Part shown: positions 17,634-34,663 of the stretch, piece by piece | Layout: each line of letters starts with the position of its first letter | How positions within the stretch are numbered: position 1 is the first letter of the stretch | From: the human T2T-CHM13v2.0 reference genome, Homo sapiens | Assembly (NCBI RefSeq): GCF_009914755.1 | Contig: NC_060926.1 | DNA: 64,000 nucleotides | Direction: 5' to 3' (one strand) | Translations under genes and position numbers: made by a program | The notes under the pieces: model-generated | Told to the model about the DNA's origin: nothing | Databases searched by the model: none | The model's input: only the letters and a program-made list of their open reading frames with translations

Positions 17634-18394
17634 TGATCAGTCCTTTGTAGAACTAGTTCCTTGTATTCCAAATACAGGAACTTGTTTCATTTTAGTATAT
17701 ACACGAAATGTGCTTCTCTAGCTTTTTCAGTGCTCAGACAAAATAAAGATGTCTGCTGGTAAACTTCTAAGATGTTTTAAAATGTTAATTCACTACATTT
17801 GGTACCTGGGAACAACTCTGCAGCCTAGGATATCACATCTATTACAACTTTAAATATAATCTCCTTCACAATGCAGTAATGGAAAAAATCACACCTGAGA
17901 TTTCCTGTAATTTCATCTCACTGATGAGATCTTTTTAGACAAACCCCTTTTTGAACCTCCTTAAGGTTTAATAGTTGTGATATCAGAAAAGCACTTCTTA
18001 TGGAGCAGAAAAGCAGAATGAATGAGAGTTGAACAGAACAGGATCTGGAGAAAGGCTTAAGGATAGGATGTTTTATCACTGGGGACCTGGGGAAGAGGGG
18101 CTGGGAGACAGCTAGGTGCTGAGAGGTGAGAATGACAACTGGTTGGCAGGAGGCTAGTGAGGAGTTCAGCAAGGGATAAGTGGGTACACCAACCAGAGGG
18201 CAACAGGCAATGGCGAGGAACCCGAGAGCAAGCAATGTGTGGGATTCTAGGCACAGAGTCTGACAGCAGCGCTTAGACAGTTCCAAAGGTTGAGATGAAT
18301 AAGGAAGGCCCCCACTGGGCATGGCGGCTTACGCCTGTAATTCCTAGCACTTTGGGAGGCCGAGGCGGGTACATCACCTGAGGCCAGGAGTTCA

Positions 18395-18718
<324 letters not shown>

Positions 18719-19108
18719 TCACAAAAACCTCCTTTCCATCTCCCCCACCTCCACCCCACATAATATTTATAAATCGGAGAAAAAGGTTCTGACGTTGTAG
18801 CAAATGCTGCTGTCCCCTGTTGTATCCGCCCAGCACTCGCTGTTTCTATATATGCTGACAGCTTCTTCCTGCAAGTGTCTGGGACTCTCTGCCTGGGAGT
18901 TTTCCCTGATCACTGGAGCAGGCTTGACTCATGAGCAGGGCAGACCAGAAAAGCCAGGGTTTTCACGTCCCCAGGAGCGACTGCCAAACAATGATTGACT
19001 GGAGTTGGTGTATATTATTAATATATGCATTTCAGTTGCCTATTGCTGGTAACAAACCACTCCAAAATCCTGTGGCTTAAGACACCAACGATTTGTTATT
19101 TCTCATGA

Positions 19109-19593
<485 letters not shown>

Positions 19594-20347
19594 TAGTCCT
19601 GCTTCCTCATGTGGCGATCTGCACATTATCCTTATGTGGAGGCTGCAAGGCATCTCAAGGCCCAGGCTCTAAAGCTGTTACAATATCACTTCTGCCATTT
19701 TTACTGGTCAGAGCAAGTCACAAGATCATCCTGGAGACTACTTCCATTAACTCACCTCTATTAATTTTGTTTAGATATTGTCACTGGCTACCACCTTGAA
19801 GAGTCAGTAACATAATGGACTTAATGTGGGATACAAGTAGATCAGAGTGGAACAAGGTATATTGTACCCTGCACACCTTCCCTTGGCATAGGACTCCTTA
19901 CTCTCATGCCTTTTTCCTGCCAGCACCTATAATCCTTTGCCTGGTGGCTTTCTGTGGCCATAAGTACTTTTTTTTTTTTTTTGAGACAGAGTTTTACTGT
20001 TGTTGCCCAGGCTGGAGTGCAATGGCACAATCTCGGTTCACCACAACCTCCGCCTCCTGTGATTCTCCTGCCTCAGTCTACTGAGTAGCTGGGATTACAG
20101 GCATGGGCCACCCATGGCCGGCTGATTTTCCTTTTTTGTAGAGATGGGGTTTCTCCATGTTGGTCAGGCTGGTCTCCAACTCCCAACCTCAGGTGATCCA
20201 CCCGCCTCAGCCTCCCAAAGTGTTGGGATTACAGGCATGAGCCACTGAACCCAGCCGGCCATAGGTACATATTTAGCCCACACTTGAGGCAGACTGCAAT
20301 CACCATGATGTTAATGTACTCAGAAGGAACTTTCCACCAATAGCTAA

Positions 20348-20551
<204 letters not shown>

Positions 20552-21004
20552 TAGTAGAAATGGGGTTTCACCATGTTGGTCAGGTTGGTCTCAAACTCCT
20601 GACCTCGTGATTCACCTGCCTCGGCCTCCCAAAGTGCTGAGATTATAGGCGTGAGCCACCACACCCGGCCAGAAAGATATCTGGCCAGTACCCCTCAAAA
20701 CTGTGAAGGTCATCAAAAACAAAGAAAGTCTGAGAAACTGTGACAGTCAAAAAGAGCCCAAGGAGGCGTGCCAACTATATGGAATGCAATATTCTGAATG
20801 GGATCCTGCAACACAAAAAAGACATTAGGTAAAATCTAAGGAAATTTGAATAAAGTATGGCCTTTAGTTAATCACAATGTGGTTAATTCATTGCGACAGA
20901 TACACCATACTAATATAAGATGTTAATATGGGGGGACTGAATGTGGCATATGGGAACTCTCTGAACTATCTGCACAATTGTTCTGAATATCTAAAACTGT
21001 TTTA

Positions 21005-21045
21005 TATATGTATGTTATATATACATATATACATATACATACATT

Positions 21046-21091
<46 letters not shown>

Positions 21092-21100
21092 GATATATAT
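21005..21100. repeat. (TA)n microsatellite
   Basis: Pure TA run at ~21051-21088 with degenerate flanks. Confidence 0.9.
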
Positions 21101-21254
21101 CCTTTTTTTTGTCCCAAGAGATGGGTCTCACTATATTGCTCAGGCTAGACTCAAACTCCTGGGCTTAAGTGATCCTCACACCTCAACCTCCCAAGTAGCT
21201 CAGCCTCATCACCACACCCAGCCTTAAAGTTTTTTTAAAAAGAGAGAAAAATGG

Positions 21255-21677
21255 CTCCCTGTGTTCATACTTCTTTATAATATATCTTGCCCTCCTCTCA
21301 TCAAAAGAGAATCTGTTTTTCTCGCTGCTTAAATATAAGCTGGCCTTGTGAATTGGTTTAGCCAACAGAACATGGTGGAATTGATGTTCTGAGACTCCTA
21401 CGTCCAGGTCTTAAAAGGCTCTATAGCTTCCAGTTTCATTCTTGGAAGCCTGCTGCTATGTAAGAAGTCCAGCTAACCTAAGATCGCCATGCTGTGAGGA
21501 AGTCCAAGCAAGCCAGAGGCAGAGGCCATGGGGAAGCGAGGCACCCCAGCATGTAGCTGAATGCAGTTGTCTGAGTGACTCCAGACAAGACAAGAACCAC
21601 CTAGGCAACCTACAGAACCATAAGAACTAATAAAGTTTTGGGGGTAGCCTGTCATACAGCAATACTTCACTGAAACA
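21255..21677 (+). mobile_element. Old MLT1-type MaLR LTR (boundaries approximate)
   Basis: Contains ttagccaacagaacatggtggaa...gccatgctgtgaggaagtccaag...tacagcaatacttcactgaaaca, resembling MLT1 consensus. Confidence 0.55.
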
Positions 21678-22000
21678 TTTAGGGAGGAACTTTATTCTGG
21701 GAGTTAAAAAGCCTAAGTTCAAGCCCCAGAGTAGCTATTAGACCTTGGTGGGTCGGTGGGGGAGGAATGAAAAAAATACTAATCACTAATGTGGAGGCTT
21801 GTTATGAGGACTGCATGTGATAAGGCAAATGAAAATGTTTTGTAAACTTCCAAATGTCACACAAATTTAAGAGACATTATGGCTGGGCATGGTGGCTCAC
21901 GCCTTTAATGCTAACACTTTGGGAGGCCTTCATCTTAGACTTCCCAGCCTCCAGAACCGTGAGCAATACATTTCTTTTCTTTTTTTTTTTTTTTTTTTGA

Positions 22001-22108
<108 letters not shown>

Positions 22109-22287
22109 TAGCTGGAATTACAGACATGTGTCACCACGCCCAGCTAATTCTGTGTTTTTAGTAGAGATGGGATTTCTCCATGTTGGTCAGCCTGGTCTCG
22201 AACTCCTGACCTCAGGCGATCCGCCCACCTCTGCCTCTCAAAGTGCTGGGATTACAGGCGTGAGCCACCGTGCCCAGCCTACATTTC

Positions 22288-22338
22288 TATTATTATTATT
22301 ATTATTATTATTATCATCATCATCATCATCATCATTAT
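22288..22338. repeat. Compound (TAT)n(CAT)n microsatellite derived from an Alu tail
   Basis: tattattat...tatcatcatcat directly before an antisense Alu body. Confidence 0.9.
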
Positions 22339-23229
22339 TTGAGACAGGTTCTCTGTTACTCAGGCTGGAGTGCAGTGGTGCTATCTCAGCTTACTGCAAC
22401 CTCCGCTTCCTGGGCTCAAGCCACCTTCTGGAGTAACTGGGACTACAGACACACGTGGCACCACGCCCAGTTAATCTTTTGTATTTTTTTGTGGAGATAG
22501 GGTTTTTCCATGTTGCCTGAAATTAATAGAAATAGTAATTTCTATTATTTGTAAATTACCCAGTTGATGGTATTTTATTATAGCAGCAGGAACAGACTAA
22601 GACAGAGAAAGGTCAACCCTGAGGAGGCTGAATTTTATGCCCTCTGTGAGTCTAAGGGTTGGAGCCACAGCTCAGCCCTTATCAAGTATATCTCATCTGT
22701 CAGGCTGGCCTTCAGAATTCCTGGGAGATAAACCGGCGCACATTTTGGGGGCCAAGAGCCCCTCCCGTGCAAATCCATAGTGAAAGGCTACTCTTGTGTC
22801 TTTGCTTCAAACTGTGGGTAACACAGTACCCACCAGGAAGCAGGGCTCAGCCTAGGAAAAGCATCAGGTGGCTCACTCAGCTTTTCCCTCCAGCTTGTGT
22901 CTGTGAGTGGTGTGGTGATCAAATCTAATGACACATCAAAGAAAGCCAGAAAAAAAAATGAATGCTTGTTATAATGGTAGCTACTGTTCTAGGCAGTGTT
23001 TCTCTTTCTCTTTCTCTCTCTCTCAACCTTTCCTTATTAAAAGTTCCAAATATAGGCCAGGCGTGGTGGCTCATGCCTATAATGCCAGCACTTTGGGAGG
23101 TCAAGGCAGATGGATCACGAGGTCAGCTGTTCGAGACCAGCCTGGCTAACATGATGAAATCCTATCTCTACTAAAAATAACAAAAATTAGCCGGGAATGG
23201 TGGTGCACGCCTGTAATCTCAGCTACTCA

Positions 23230-23823
<594 letters not shown>

Positions 23824-25370
23824 CATTACCCAGTTTCAACAAGTATTCATATATTCATGACCACCCTGATTTTATTTTTATCTCTGCCCTCTCCTGCCCC
23901 CTCTATATTATATATATGTATGTATGTGTGTGTGTGCGTATATATATATATATATATATTTTTTTTTTAGATGGAGTCTCACTCCGTTGCCCAGGGTGGA
24001 GTACAGTGGTTCAATCTCAGCTCACTGCAGCCTCCACCTCCTAGGCTCAGGTGATTCTCTGCCTCAGCCTCTCAAGTAGCTGGGATTACAGGCGCACGCC
24101 CAGCTAATTTTGTATTTTTAGTAGAGATGGGGTTCACCATGTTGGCCAGGCTGGTCTCAAATTCCTGACCTCAGGTGATCTGCCCGTCTCAGCCTCCCAG
24201 ACTGCTGGGATTACAGGAGTGAGCCACCATGCCTGGCCCCCCTCCATATTATATTGAAGCAAATTCCAGATAATCATCATTTTACCCAGAAATAATATTT
24301 CAGTATGTATCTCCAAAAGATAAGGACTCTTACAACATAACCACAATGTCGTTAACATAGCTTTTAAAACTAACAATAATTCCTTAATCTCATCAAATAG
24401 CCAGTCAGTATTCAAATTTTCCTAATGTGTATTTATATAGATATATATATATACTATATATATGTGTGTATGTGTGTATATAAATTCATCACTTCTCTTA
24501 ACCATTTTTTGAACCCATCCTTACCCTTTTACATCTCTGTGCTTTTCAATTTGTCATCCCTTCTGCCTAGATTGTCCTTCCGTTCATGCCTAACTGACAA
24601 GACACAGCCTTCCAGATCTGTTCAAGTATCACCTCCTCCAGGAATCTTTCCCTGGCAAAACTCAGGAGTTACTCATTCCTACAGCACTAGCACTCTGCAC
24701 TCTGCGCTGGGTATTTGTGTATATGTTTATCTGTTCTCCAGATTGTGAGCTCCTTGGAGACTTGAGCCATATTCTTGTGGCCTTTGAGAACCCCAGGTAC
24801 CTAGCATGGTGCCTGGCCCACACTATTTGCTTCAAGCCAACATATTATTTCTAAGGAGGGGCTCCCACGGCCTCTTATGTTGTTCTTGGTGTTGATTTAT
24901 CCTTTTCTAAAATTCAATGTCTTTTGCAAAGATAATGTCGTCTCCACTTTTCCTATTTGAGCTGGGAGTTGACCCAATGTTTTCAATCTGAAAGCTTTTA
25001 GAAGCCACTGGAGGCAGAATTAATTGGTTCAGAGGTGGTGTTTTTGTTGTTGTTTTTTTCTTTTTTAAGATCCCAGGATTGATATAAAGCAGAAAGACTG
25101 AGAAAGAGAAAGCCACTTTGTCAGTCAGCAGTCACTCTGGTATTAATGTAGTAAGAGCTGTCCAGAATTTAAAAGAAAAAAAAAATTGTCCTTATCCTCT
25201 AATTGAATACAATCCACAAACCTTCTGGTTCTCTGAGGAGGACCTTGGAATGTGCTTGCAGTTTCCAAACTTTAATTAATAACAGTTTAAATCATAGTTT
25301 TCAAGTGTTTCTTTTACATCAGAACCCCTTCCTCAGTTTTATCTGCCTGGAAAATCTGTTACACAGATAA

Positions 25371-25538
<168 letters not shown>

Positions 25539-25577
25539 TGAGTAGCTGGGATTACCAGCATGAGCCACCACACCTGA

Positions 25578-25736
<159 letters not shown>

Positions 25737-26089
25737 TAAGGTGGGAGGATTGCTTGAGCCCAGGAGTTCAAGTTTGAGGCTATAGTGCACTCTGTTTGTG
25801 CCTGTCAATAACCATTGTACTCCATCCTAGGCAACATAGCCAGACTGTGGTGGAAAGGTGGTAGACAGGTCCCTGGGACTCAGTTTTATTGGACTGTCTG
25901 ACACAGATCCCAGAGCAGTTGCTCGATCATTCATCAGTCTCTCAATTTTCCTCCATACAACGATTTTTAGAGTGCCTGCTGTGTGGCGTTGGAGGGACTG
26001 TACTGAACAAGACAGATGACTTCAATTTTCTTGGAGTTTACATTCTAGGGCAGTCATGAGAGAGAGAAGAAATAATCACTGTAAACCAC

Positions 26090-26479
26090 TGCTATGGTTT
26101 GAATGTGTCCTCCAGAAGTTCATGTGTTGAAAACTTAATTATTATTGTAACAATATTAAGAGGTAGGGCCTTTCAGAGGTGATTATCAGGTGAGGAGTGC
26201 TCTCCCCTCATGCATGAATTAATGCTATTATTGAGGAAGCGGGTTACTTATCATGGGAGTGGACTCTTGATAAAAAGGAAAAGTGTGGCCCAATTTCTGC
26301 ACTGTCCGTTTCACATGTTCACTTGCCCTTCTGCCTTCTGCCATGGGGTGACCCTCTTCAAATGTCAGTGCCATGCTTTTAGACTTCCCAGTCTCTAGAA
26401 CTGAGCCACGTAAACATCTATTTTTTATAAATTACCCAGTCTGTGGTATTCTGATGTCACAGCAGCAAATGGACTAAGA
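26090..26479 (+). mobile_element. MST-family MaLR solo LTR
   Basis: Runs tgctatggtttgaatgtgtcc...ataaattacccagtctgtggtattctg...aaatggactaaga. Confidence 0.8.
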
Positions 26480-26482
26480 GTG

Positions 26483-27078
26483 GCTCATGGCTGTAATCCT
26501 AGCACTTGGGGAGGCCGAGGTGGGCGGATCACAAGGTCAGGAGATTGAAACCAGCCATGGCCAATATGGTGAAACCCCATCTCTACTAAAAATACAAAAA
26601 TTAGGCTGGGCACAGTGGCTCACGCCTGTAATCCCAGCACTTTGGGAAGCCGAGGTGGGCAGATCACGAGGTCAGGAGATCGAGACCATCCTGGCTAACA
26701 CAGTGAAACCCCGTCTCTACTAAAAATACAAAAAAATTAGCTGGGCATGGTGGTGGCTACCATGTAGTTCCAGCTACTCGGGAGGCTGAGGCAGGAGAAT
26801 GGCGTGAACCCGGGAGGCGGAGCTTCAGTAAGCTGGGATTGTGCCACTACACTCCAGCCTGGGTGACAGAGTGAGACTCTGTCCCCCCCAAAAAATAAAA
26901 TTAGCTGGGCGTGGTGGTGTGTGCCTATAATCCCAGCCACTCGGGAGACTGAGGCAGAATAGCTTGAATCCAGGAGGCAGAGGTTGCGGGGAGAGAGATC
27001 GCGCCACTGCACTCCAGCGTGGGTGACCGAGTAAGACTCCGTCTCAAAAAAAAAAGGAAAAAAAAGAAAAGAAAAATA
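26483..27078 (+). mobile_element. Alu with an AluY nested in its central linker
   Basis: Outer 16-bp TSD aaatggactaagagtg (26467-26482, 27079-27094). The inner element has gagatcgagaccatcctggctaac and aatggcgtgaacccgggagg (AluY). Confidence 0.85.
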
Positions 27079-27095
27079 AAATGGACTAAGAGTGC

Positions 27096-27283
27096 CAGTG
27101 GCTGCCAAACTTTAATTTTCATCAACATCATGTGGAGAATTTGTTACACACAGATCTTTGGATCCCATGTTCACAATTTCTGATTCAATAGGTCTAGAGT
27201 AGGGCCTGAGAATATGCAGTTAGAACAAGTTCCCAGGTGATGCTAATACTGCTGGTCCCAGGACCACACATTGAGAGCTACTA
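27096..27283. mobile_element. MER5A hAT-Charlie DNA transposon remnant
   Basis: Contains tttctgattcaataggtctagagtagggcctgagaatatgca...aacaagttcccaggtgatgctaatactgctggtcc. Confidence 0.75.
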
Positions 27284-27593
27284 AGGTAAACAATCAAGTA
27301 AGTAAAATATCTTCAGACACAGGTAAGTGCTATGCTTTCAGAAAATCAAATAGGGTAACAGAATAGGAAGTGATCTGGTGGTGGATAGCTACTTTAGGTC
27401 GGGTAGCCAGGGAAAGACTCTCTGAGGCGACATTTGATCTGAGCAGGCCACCTAAAAATCTGAGGGAAGGGCATTCTATGAAAAGGACATAGCAAGTGGC
27501 CGGGTGCGGTGGCTCACGCCTGTAATCTCAACCCTTTGGGAGGCTGAGGCAGGCAGATCCCCTGAGGCCAGGAGTTCGAGACTAGCCTGGCTA

Positions 27594-27884
<291 letters not shown>

Positions 27885-28151
27885 TCAGGAGTTCCAGACC
27901 AGCCTGGCCAACATAGTGAAACCCCATCTCTACTAAAAACACAAAAAATTAGCTGGGCGTGGTGGCGGGTGCCTGTAATCCCAGCTACTCAGGAGGCTGA
28001 GGCAGGAGAATTGCTTGAACCTGGGAGGCAGAGGTTGCAGTGAGCTGAGATCTCATCACTGTACTTCAGCCCGGGCAACAGTGTGAGACTCCATCTCAAA
28101 AAAAAAAAAAAAAAAAAAAAGGAAAGGACATAGCAAGTGCAAAAGCCGTAA

Positions 28152-28544
<393 letters not shown>

Positions 28545-29041
28545 TAACACAAGATTGTCATAGAAAAAGAAAAGGGCCAGGTACGTGGCTGACACCTGTA
28601 ATCCTAGCAATTTGGGAGGCCAAGGGAGGAGAGTTGCTTGAAGCCAGGAGTTTGAAGCCAGCCTGGGCAACATAGAGAGACTCCCATCTCTTTTTTTCTT
28701 TTAGATGGAGTTTCACTCTTGTTGCCCAGGCTGGAGTGCAATGGCGCGATCTCAGCTCACTGCAACCTTCAAGAGAGGCAACCCCATCTCTACAAAAGAA
28801 AAATTTAAAAATTAGCTGGGTATGATGGCACGTGCCTGTAGTCCCAGCTACTTGGGGACTGAGGCAGGAGGATCACTGGAGCCTCCTTGAGCCCAGGAGT
28901 TGGGGGCTGCAGTGAGCCATCATTGCACCACAGCACTCCAACCTGGGTGACAGAGTGAGACCCTGTCTAAAAAGAAAAAAAAAAGTAGAAAGAAATCTGA
29001 TCGTGGAAAATCTTGTAGGCCACTGTAAAAATTGAGCTTTT

Positions 29042-31041
29042 TATTTATTTATTTGTTTGTTTATTTATTTATTTATTTTTATTGATTATTCTTGGGTGTT
29101 TCTCACAGAGGGGGATTTGGCACGGTCATAGGACAATAGTGGAGGGAAGGTCAGCAGATAAACAAGTGAACAAAGGTCTCTGGTTTTCCTAGGCAGAGGA
29201 CCCTGCGGCCTTCCGCAGCGTTTGTGTCCCTGGGTACTTGAGATTAGGGAGTGGTGATGACTCTTAATGAGCATGCTGCCTTCAAGCATCTGTTTAACAA
29301 AGCACATCTTGCACCGCCCTTAATCCATTTAACCCTGAGTGGACACAGCACATGATTCAGAGAGCACAGGGTTGGGGGTAAGGTCACAGATCAACAGGAT
29401 AAGAATTTTTCTTAGTACAGAACAAAATGAAAAGTCTCCCATGTCTACCTCTTTCTACACAGACACAGCAACCATCCGATTTCTCAATCTTTTCCCCACC
29501 TTTCCCCCCTTTCTATTCCACAAAACCGCCATTGTCATCATGGCCCGTTCTCAATGAGCTGTTGGGTACACCTCCCAGACAGGGCGGCTGGCCGGGCAGA
29601 GGGGCTCCTCACTTCCCAGTAGGGGCGGCCGGGCAGAGGCGCCCCTCACCTCCCAGACGGGGTGGCTGGCCGGGCGGGGGGCTGACCCCCCCACCTCCCT
29701 CCCAGACGGGGCGGCTGGCCGGGCAGGGGGCTGACCCCCCCACCTCCCTCCCGGACGGGGCGGCTGGCCGGGCAGGGGGCTGATCCCCCCACCTCCCTCC
29801 TGGATGGGGCGGCTGGCCGGGCGGGGGGCTGACCCCCCCACCTCCCTCCCGGACGGGGCGGCTGGCCGGGCAGAGGGGCTCCTCACTTCCCAGTAGGGGC
29901 GGCCGGGCAGAGGCGCCCCTCACCTCCCGGACGGGGCGGCTGGCCGGGCGGGGGGCTGACCCCCCCACCTCCCTCCCGGACGGGGCGGCTGGCCTGGCGG
30001 GGGCTGACCCCCACCTCCCTCCCGGACGGGGTGGCTGCTGGGCGGAGACGCTCCTCACTTCCCAGACGGGGTGACTGCCGGGCGGAGGGGCTCCTCACTT
30101 CTCAGACGGGCGGTTGCCAGGCGGAGGGTCTCCTCACTTCTCAGATGGGGCGGCCGGGCAGAGACGCTCCTCACCTCCCAGACGGGGTCGCGGCCGGGTA
30201 GAGGCGCTCGTCACTTCCTAGATGGGATGGCGGCCGGGCAGAGACGCTCCTCACCTCCCAGACGGGGTTGCGGCCGGGTAGAGGCGCTCCTCACATCCCA
30301 GGCGGGGCGGCGGGGCAGAGGCTCTCCCCGCATCTCAGACGATGGGCGGCCGGGCAGAGACGCTCCTCACTTCCTAGATGGGATGGCGACCGGGAAGAGG
30401 CGCTCGTCACTTCCTAGATGGGATGGCGGCCGGGCAGAGATGCTCCTCACTTTCCAGACTGAGCAGCCAGGCAGAGGGGCTCCTCACGTTCCAGACGATG
30501 GGCGGCCAGGCAGAGACGCTCCTCACTTCCCAGACGGGGTGGCGGCCGGGCAGAGGCTGCAATCTCGGCACTTCAGGAGGCCAAGGCAGGCGGCTGGGAG
30601 GTGGAGGTTGTAGGGAGCCGAGATCACGCCACTGCACTCCAGCCTGGGCACCATTGAGCACTGAGTGAACCAGACTCCGTCTGCAATCCCGGCACCCCGG
30701 GAGGCCGAGGCTGGCGGATCACTCGCGGTTAGGAGCTGGAGACCAGCCCGGCCAACACAGCGAAACCCCGTCTCCACCAAAAAAATACGAAAACCAGTCA
30801 GGCGTGGCGGCGCGCGCCTGCAATTGCACGCACTCGGCAGGCTGAGGCAGGAGAATCAGGCAGGGAGGTTGCAGTGAGCCGAGATGGCAGCAGTACAGTC
30901 CAGCTTCGGCTCGGCATGGGAGAGGTAGAGGTAGAGGTAGCGGTAGCGGTAGACGTAGACTAGAGGTAGGGGTAGGGGTAGGGGTAGGGGTAGGGGTAGG
31001 GGTAGGGGTAGGGGTAGAGGTAGAGGTAGAGGTAGAGGTAG
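29042..31041 (-). mobile_element. Full-length SVA retrotransposon (C/D-like)
   Basis: On -, the order is hexamer head (~30919-31041), Alu-like region (~30560-30918), GC-rich VNTR (~29570-30560), SINE-R (~29085-29570), AATAAA and a (TAAA)n tail. TSD aattgagctttt at 29030-29041 and 31042-31053. Confidence 0.96.
30919..31041. repeat. SVA head hexamer array (TAGAGG)n/(TAGGGG)8
   Basis: Eight perfect TAGGGG units at 30967-31014, flanked by TAGAGG and TAGCGG units. Confidence 0.95.
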
Positions 31042-31451
31042 AATTGAGCTTTTACGGTACAATGTAAGACCACTGGAGGGTTTTAAGCAGGGCACACATA
31101 TGACCTTATTTTACATTTTATTTATTTATTATTAATTTATTTTTGAGGCAAGGTCTTGCTCTGTTGCCCAGGCTGGAGTAGGGTGGCATAATCACAGCTC
31201 ACTGTAGCCTCTACCTCCTGGGCTCAAGTGATCCTCCCACCACAGCCTCCTGAGTGTCTGGGACTACAGGCACATGCCACCATGCCTGGCTAATTTTTTG
31301 TATTTTTTTGTAGAGACAGGGTCTCGCCATGTTGCCCAGGCTGGTCTTGAACTCCTGGGCTCAAGCAATCCTCCTGCCGTGGCCTCCCAAAATGCTCAGA
31401 TTACAGGCATGAACCATTGTGTTCTTATTTTACTTTTTTTTTTTTTTTTGA

Positions 31452-31559
<108 letters not shown>

Positions 31560-33197
31560 TAGCTGGGATTACAGGGCCCCCCCACCCCAACTGGCCAAGT
31601 TTTGTATTTTTTGCAGAGATGGGATTTCGCCATGTTGGCCAGGCTGATTTCCAACTCCTGACCTCAAGTGATCCGCCCGCCTCGGCCTTCCAAAGTGCTG
31701 AGATTACAGGCATGAGCCACTACACCCGGCTTTATTTTACATTTTAAATATGAATTATTTGCTATAAAATATCTTTCTGGCTATTGTGTGGAGAGTGTAC
31801 CATGGAGGATGGTGGTGTTGAGGGTGGCAGGGTGTATGTGAAAGCAACCAGAGAAACTGAGAGACCAGTTAGGAGGCTCTTGCAGTATCCTGGGCAAGAT
31901 TTGATGAGGGGAGGGGAAGTAGCAATGGACATGGTGAGAAATGGTCGGTTCCGCAGCAGTGAGGGCTTGCTAATGAGAACAACATTTAGCATAACATCTT
32001 GCACATTGTAGGTATTCAGCTAACAGTCATTGAATGAATGAATGAATGAATGAAGCCCCCTTCCTTTCTGAAATGCATGATTATAATCCTTCACTTTACT
32101 GATAAAGTGAAGAATATCGTCAATTATTCTCCAAACTGGATTCCATTGTCTCGTTGGTAACAGTGGTTTTGTATAGGTGTGGGTGGGTGGGTGTGCCTGT
32201 GTTACTTGAATTTTTTGGGATATAATATTCCCCTCCACCCTCTAGCTCACTTATTAAATATTTCACTCCTACCCTTTCCCTTTTTTTCCAGATACAATGC
32301 AGGTTTCCAACGGCTTGCTAAGAGTTATTTTCCCTTTGTAAAGCAAATTGAGTGGGGGTGGCTCCAGAGCTCGGAAATTCTCTTGGGAGGTGGCAGGGGT
32401 TGGTTGGTCTCCAGGGGCTCTGGTTGCTGGGAGAGGTGAATTGTGAGTGCTGGGAGTGACGAGCAACTCTTCCTAGTGCACTGAGGGCTATAAGCAAGTT
32501 ATTCCTTTAAGACTATTTCAGGGAAGTGTTTTTATTATTTCCACGGTATTTCATCCCTACTGCAACCAAAGGCAATCAACATATGTGTTTAATTTGACAA
32601 GGGGAAAGGGCCACAAACAACTGTAAATTGTCAAAACTGTGGCAGATGACAGCCCTGATCTCTGCAGTAACAAAGACGAGCCAAGCAGCCTGCTTTTGCA
32701 CATCAAAGGAAGCTGTCACACTGCTCAACTGATGATGCTGGTTAGGTGTGGAAGAAAATATTTCAAACACAAGTCATCTCGTGGAAGGCTAGCAAGATGT
32801 TTAGAATTCCCCTGGGGAAATAAACCATTGTTTTAGCACAAGTTTCAAAAATTAAACAATAATAAAAGCAGAAAATCTGCTTTTTTCTTTGCAGAGATGA
32901 CACTGAAATCCTTCCACCAGCCAAGAGGATTCCAAGGTCGGTTTTAACTTGCTTTCCTGCCGGGGCCCTGGAGGTCTGTGGAGTGTAATGAGCCTCCTGC
33001 TGAGCCTCTTCTCAGTCTCTCTCAGCCACTGTATTTCTCCCTGCGCATTTCCTTTCTGAATACTGTTTTCTTTCTTTCTTCCTTTCTTTCACAGGGTCTT
33101 GCTCTGTTGCCCAGGCTGGAGTGTGGTGGTCCAGTACTGTGGGACCACAGGCGCATGTGCCACCACGTCCGGCTAATTTACTTTAATGTTTTTATAG

Positions 33198-33329
<132 letters not shown>

Positions 33330-33478
33330 TAGGTGATGTCTCAGGATAGGTTTCTCACTTATGTCTTTCTTTCTTTATCGCTTTCCTGCAAACCCATTTA
33401 TTCTCTCTCCCCCTTGTATACGTATGCGTTATATATCTTAAATAGCACAATATAAAACTAGCCAAGTTGCACAACTGA

Positions 33479-33779
<301 letters not shown>

Positions 33780-33840
33780 TGAGTAGCTGGAATTACAGGC
33801 GCACACCACCATGCCCGGCTAATTTTTGTATTTTTAGTAG

Positions 33841-34373
<533 letters not shown>

Positions 34374-34663
34374 TAATAGTCCCAAAAATACACGAATCAA
34401 AATATTGAAATTATTTGTCTGGGTATTGTTTAATTTACTATGTTTTAATATATTTTTTAGTATTTATAGGTATATATTTTTTAATTTCAAAATTTTTGAC
34501 TTGGCATATCTTACAATTATTATTATTATTGAGACAGGGTCTAGCTGTTTCCCAGGCTAGAGTGCAGTGGCACAATCATGATTCACTGTAGCCCGACCTC
34601 CCAGGCTCAAATGATCCTCCCACCTCAGCCTCCCAATTAGCTGGGACCACAGATGGGTGCTAC

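Noticed and set aside
18806-18830. Possible REST/RE1 site (gctgctgtcc)
   Set aside because: Only a half-site; the other half does not match.
29570-30560. Repeat array superficially like a CRISPR array
   Set aside because: Tandem VNTR units without unique spacers, in primate DNA with no cas genes.
29086-31095. Pro/Gly/Arg-rich ORFs up to 180 aa
   Set aside because: Open frames arising from the stop-poor SVA VNTR, SINE-R and hexamer head.
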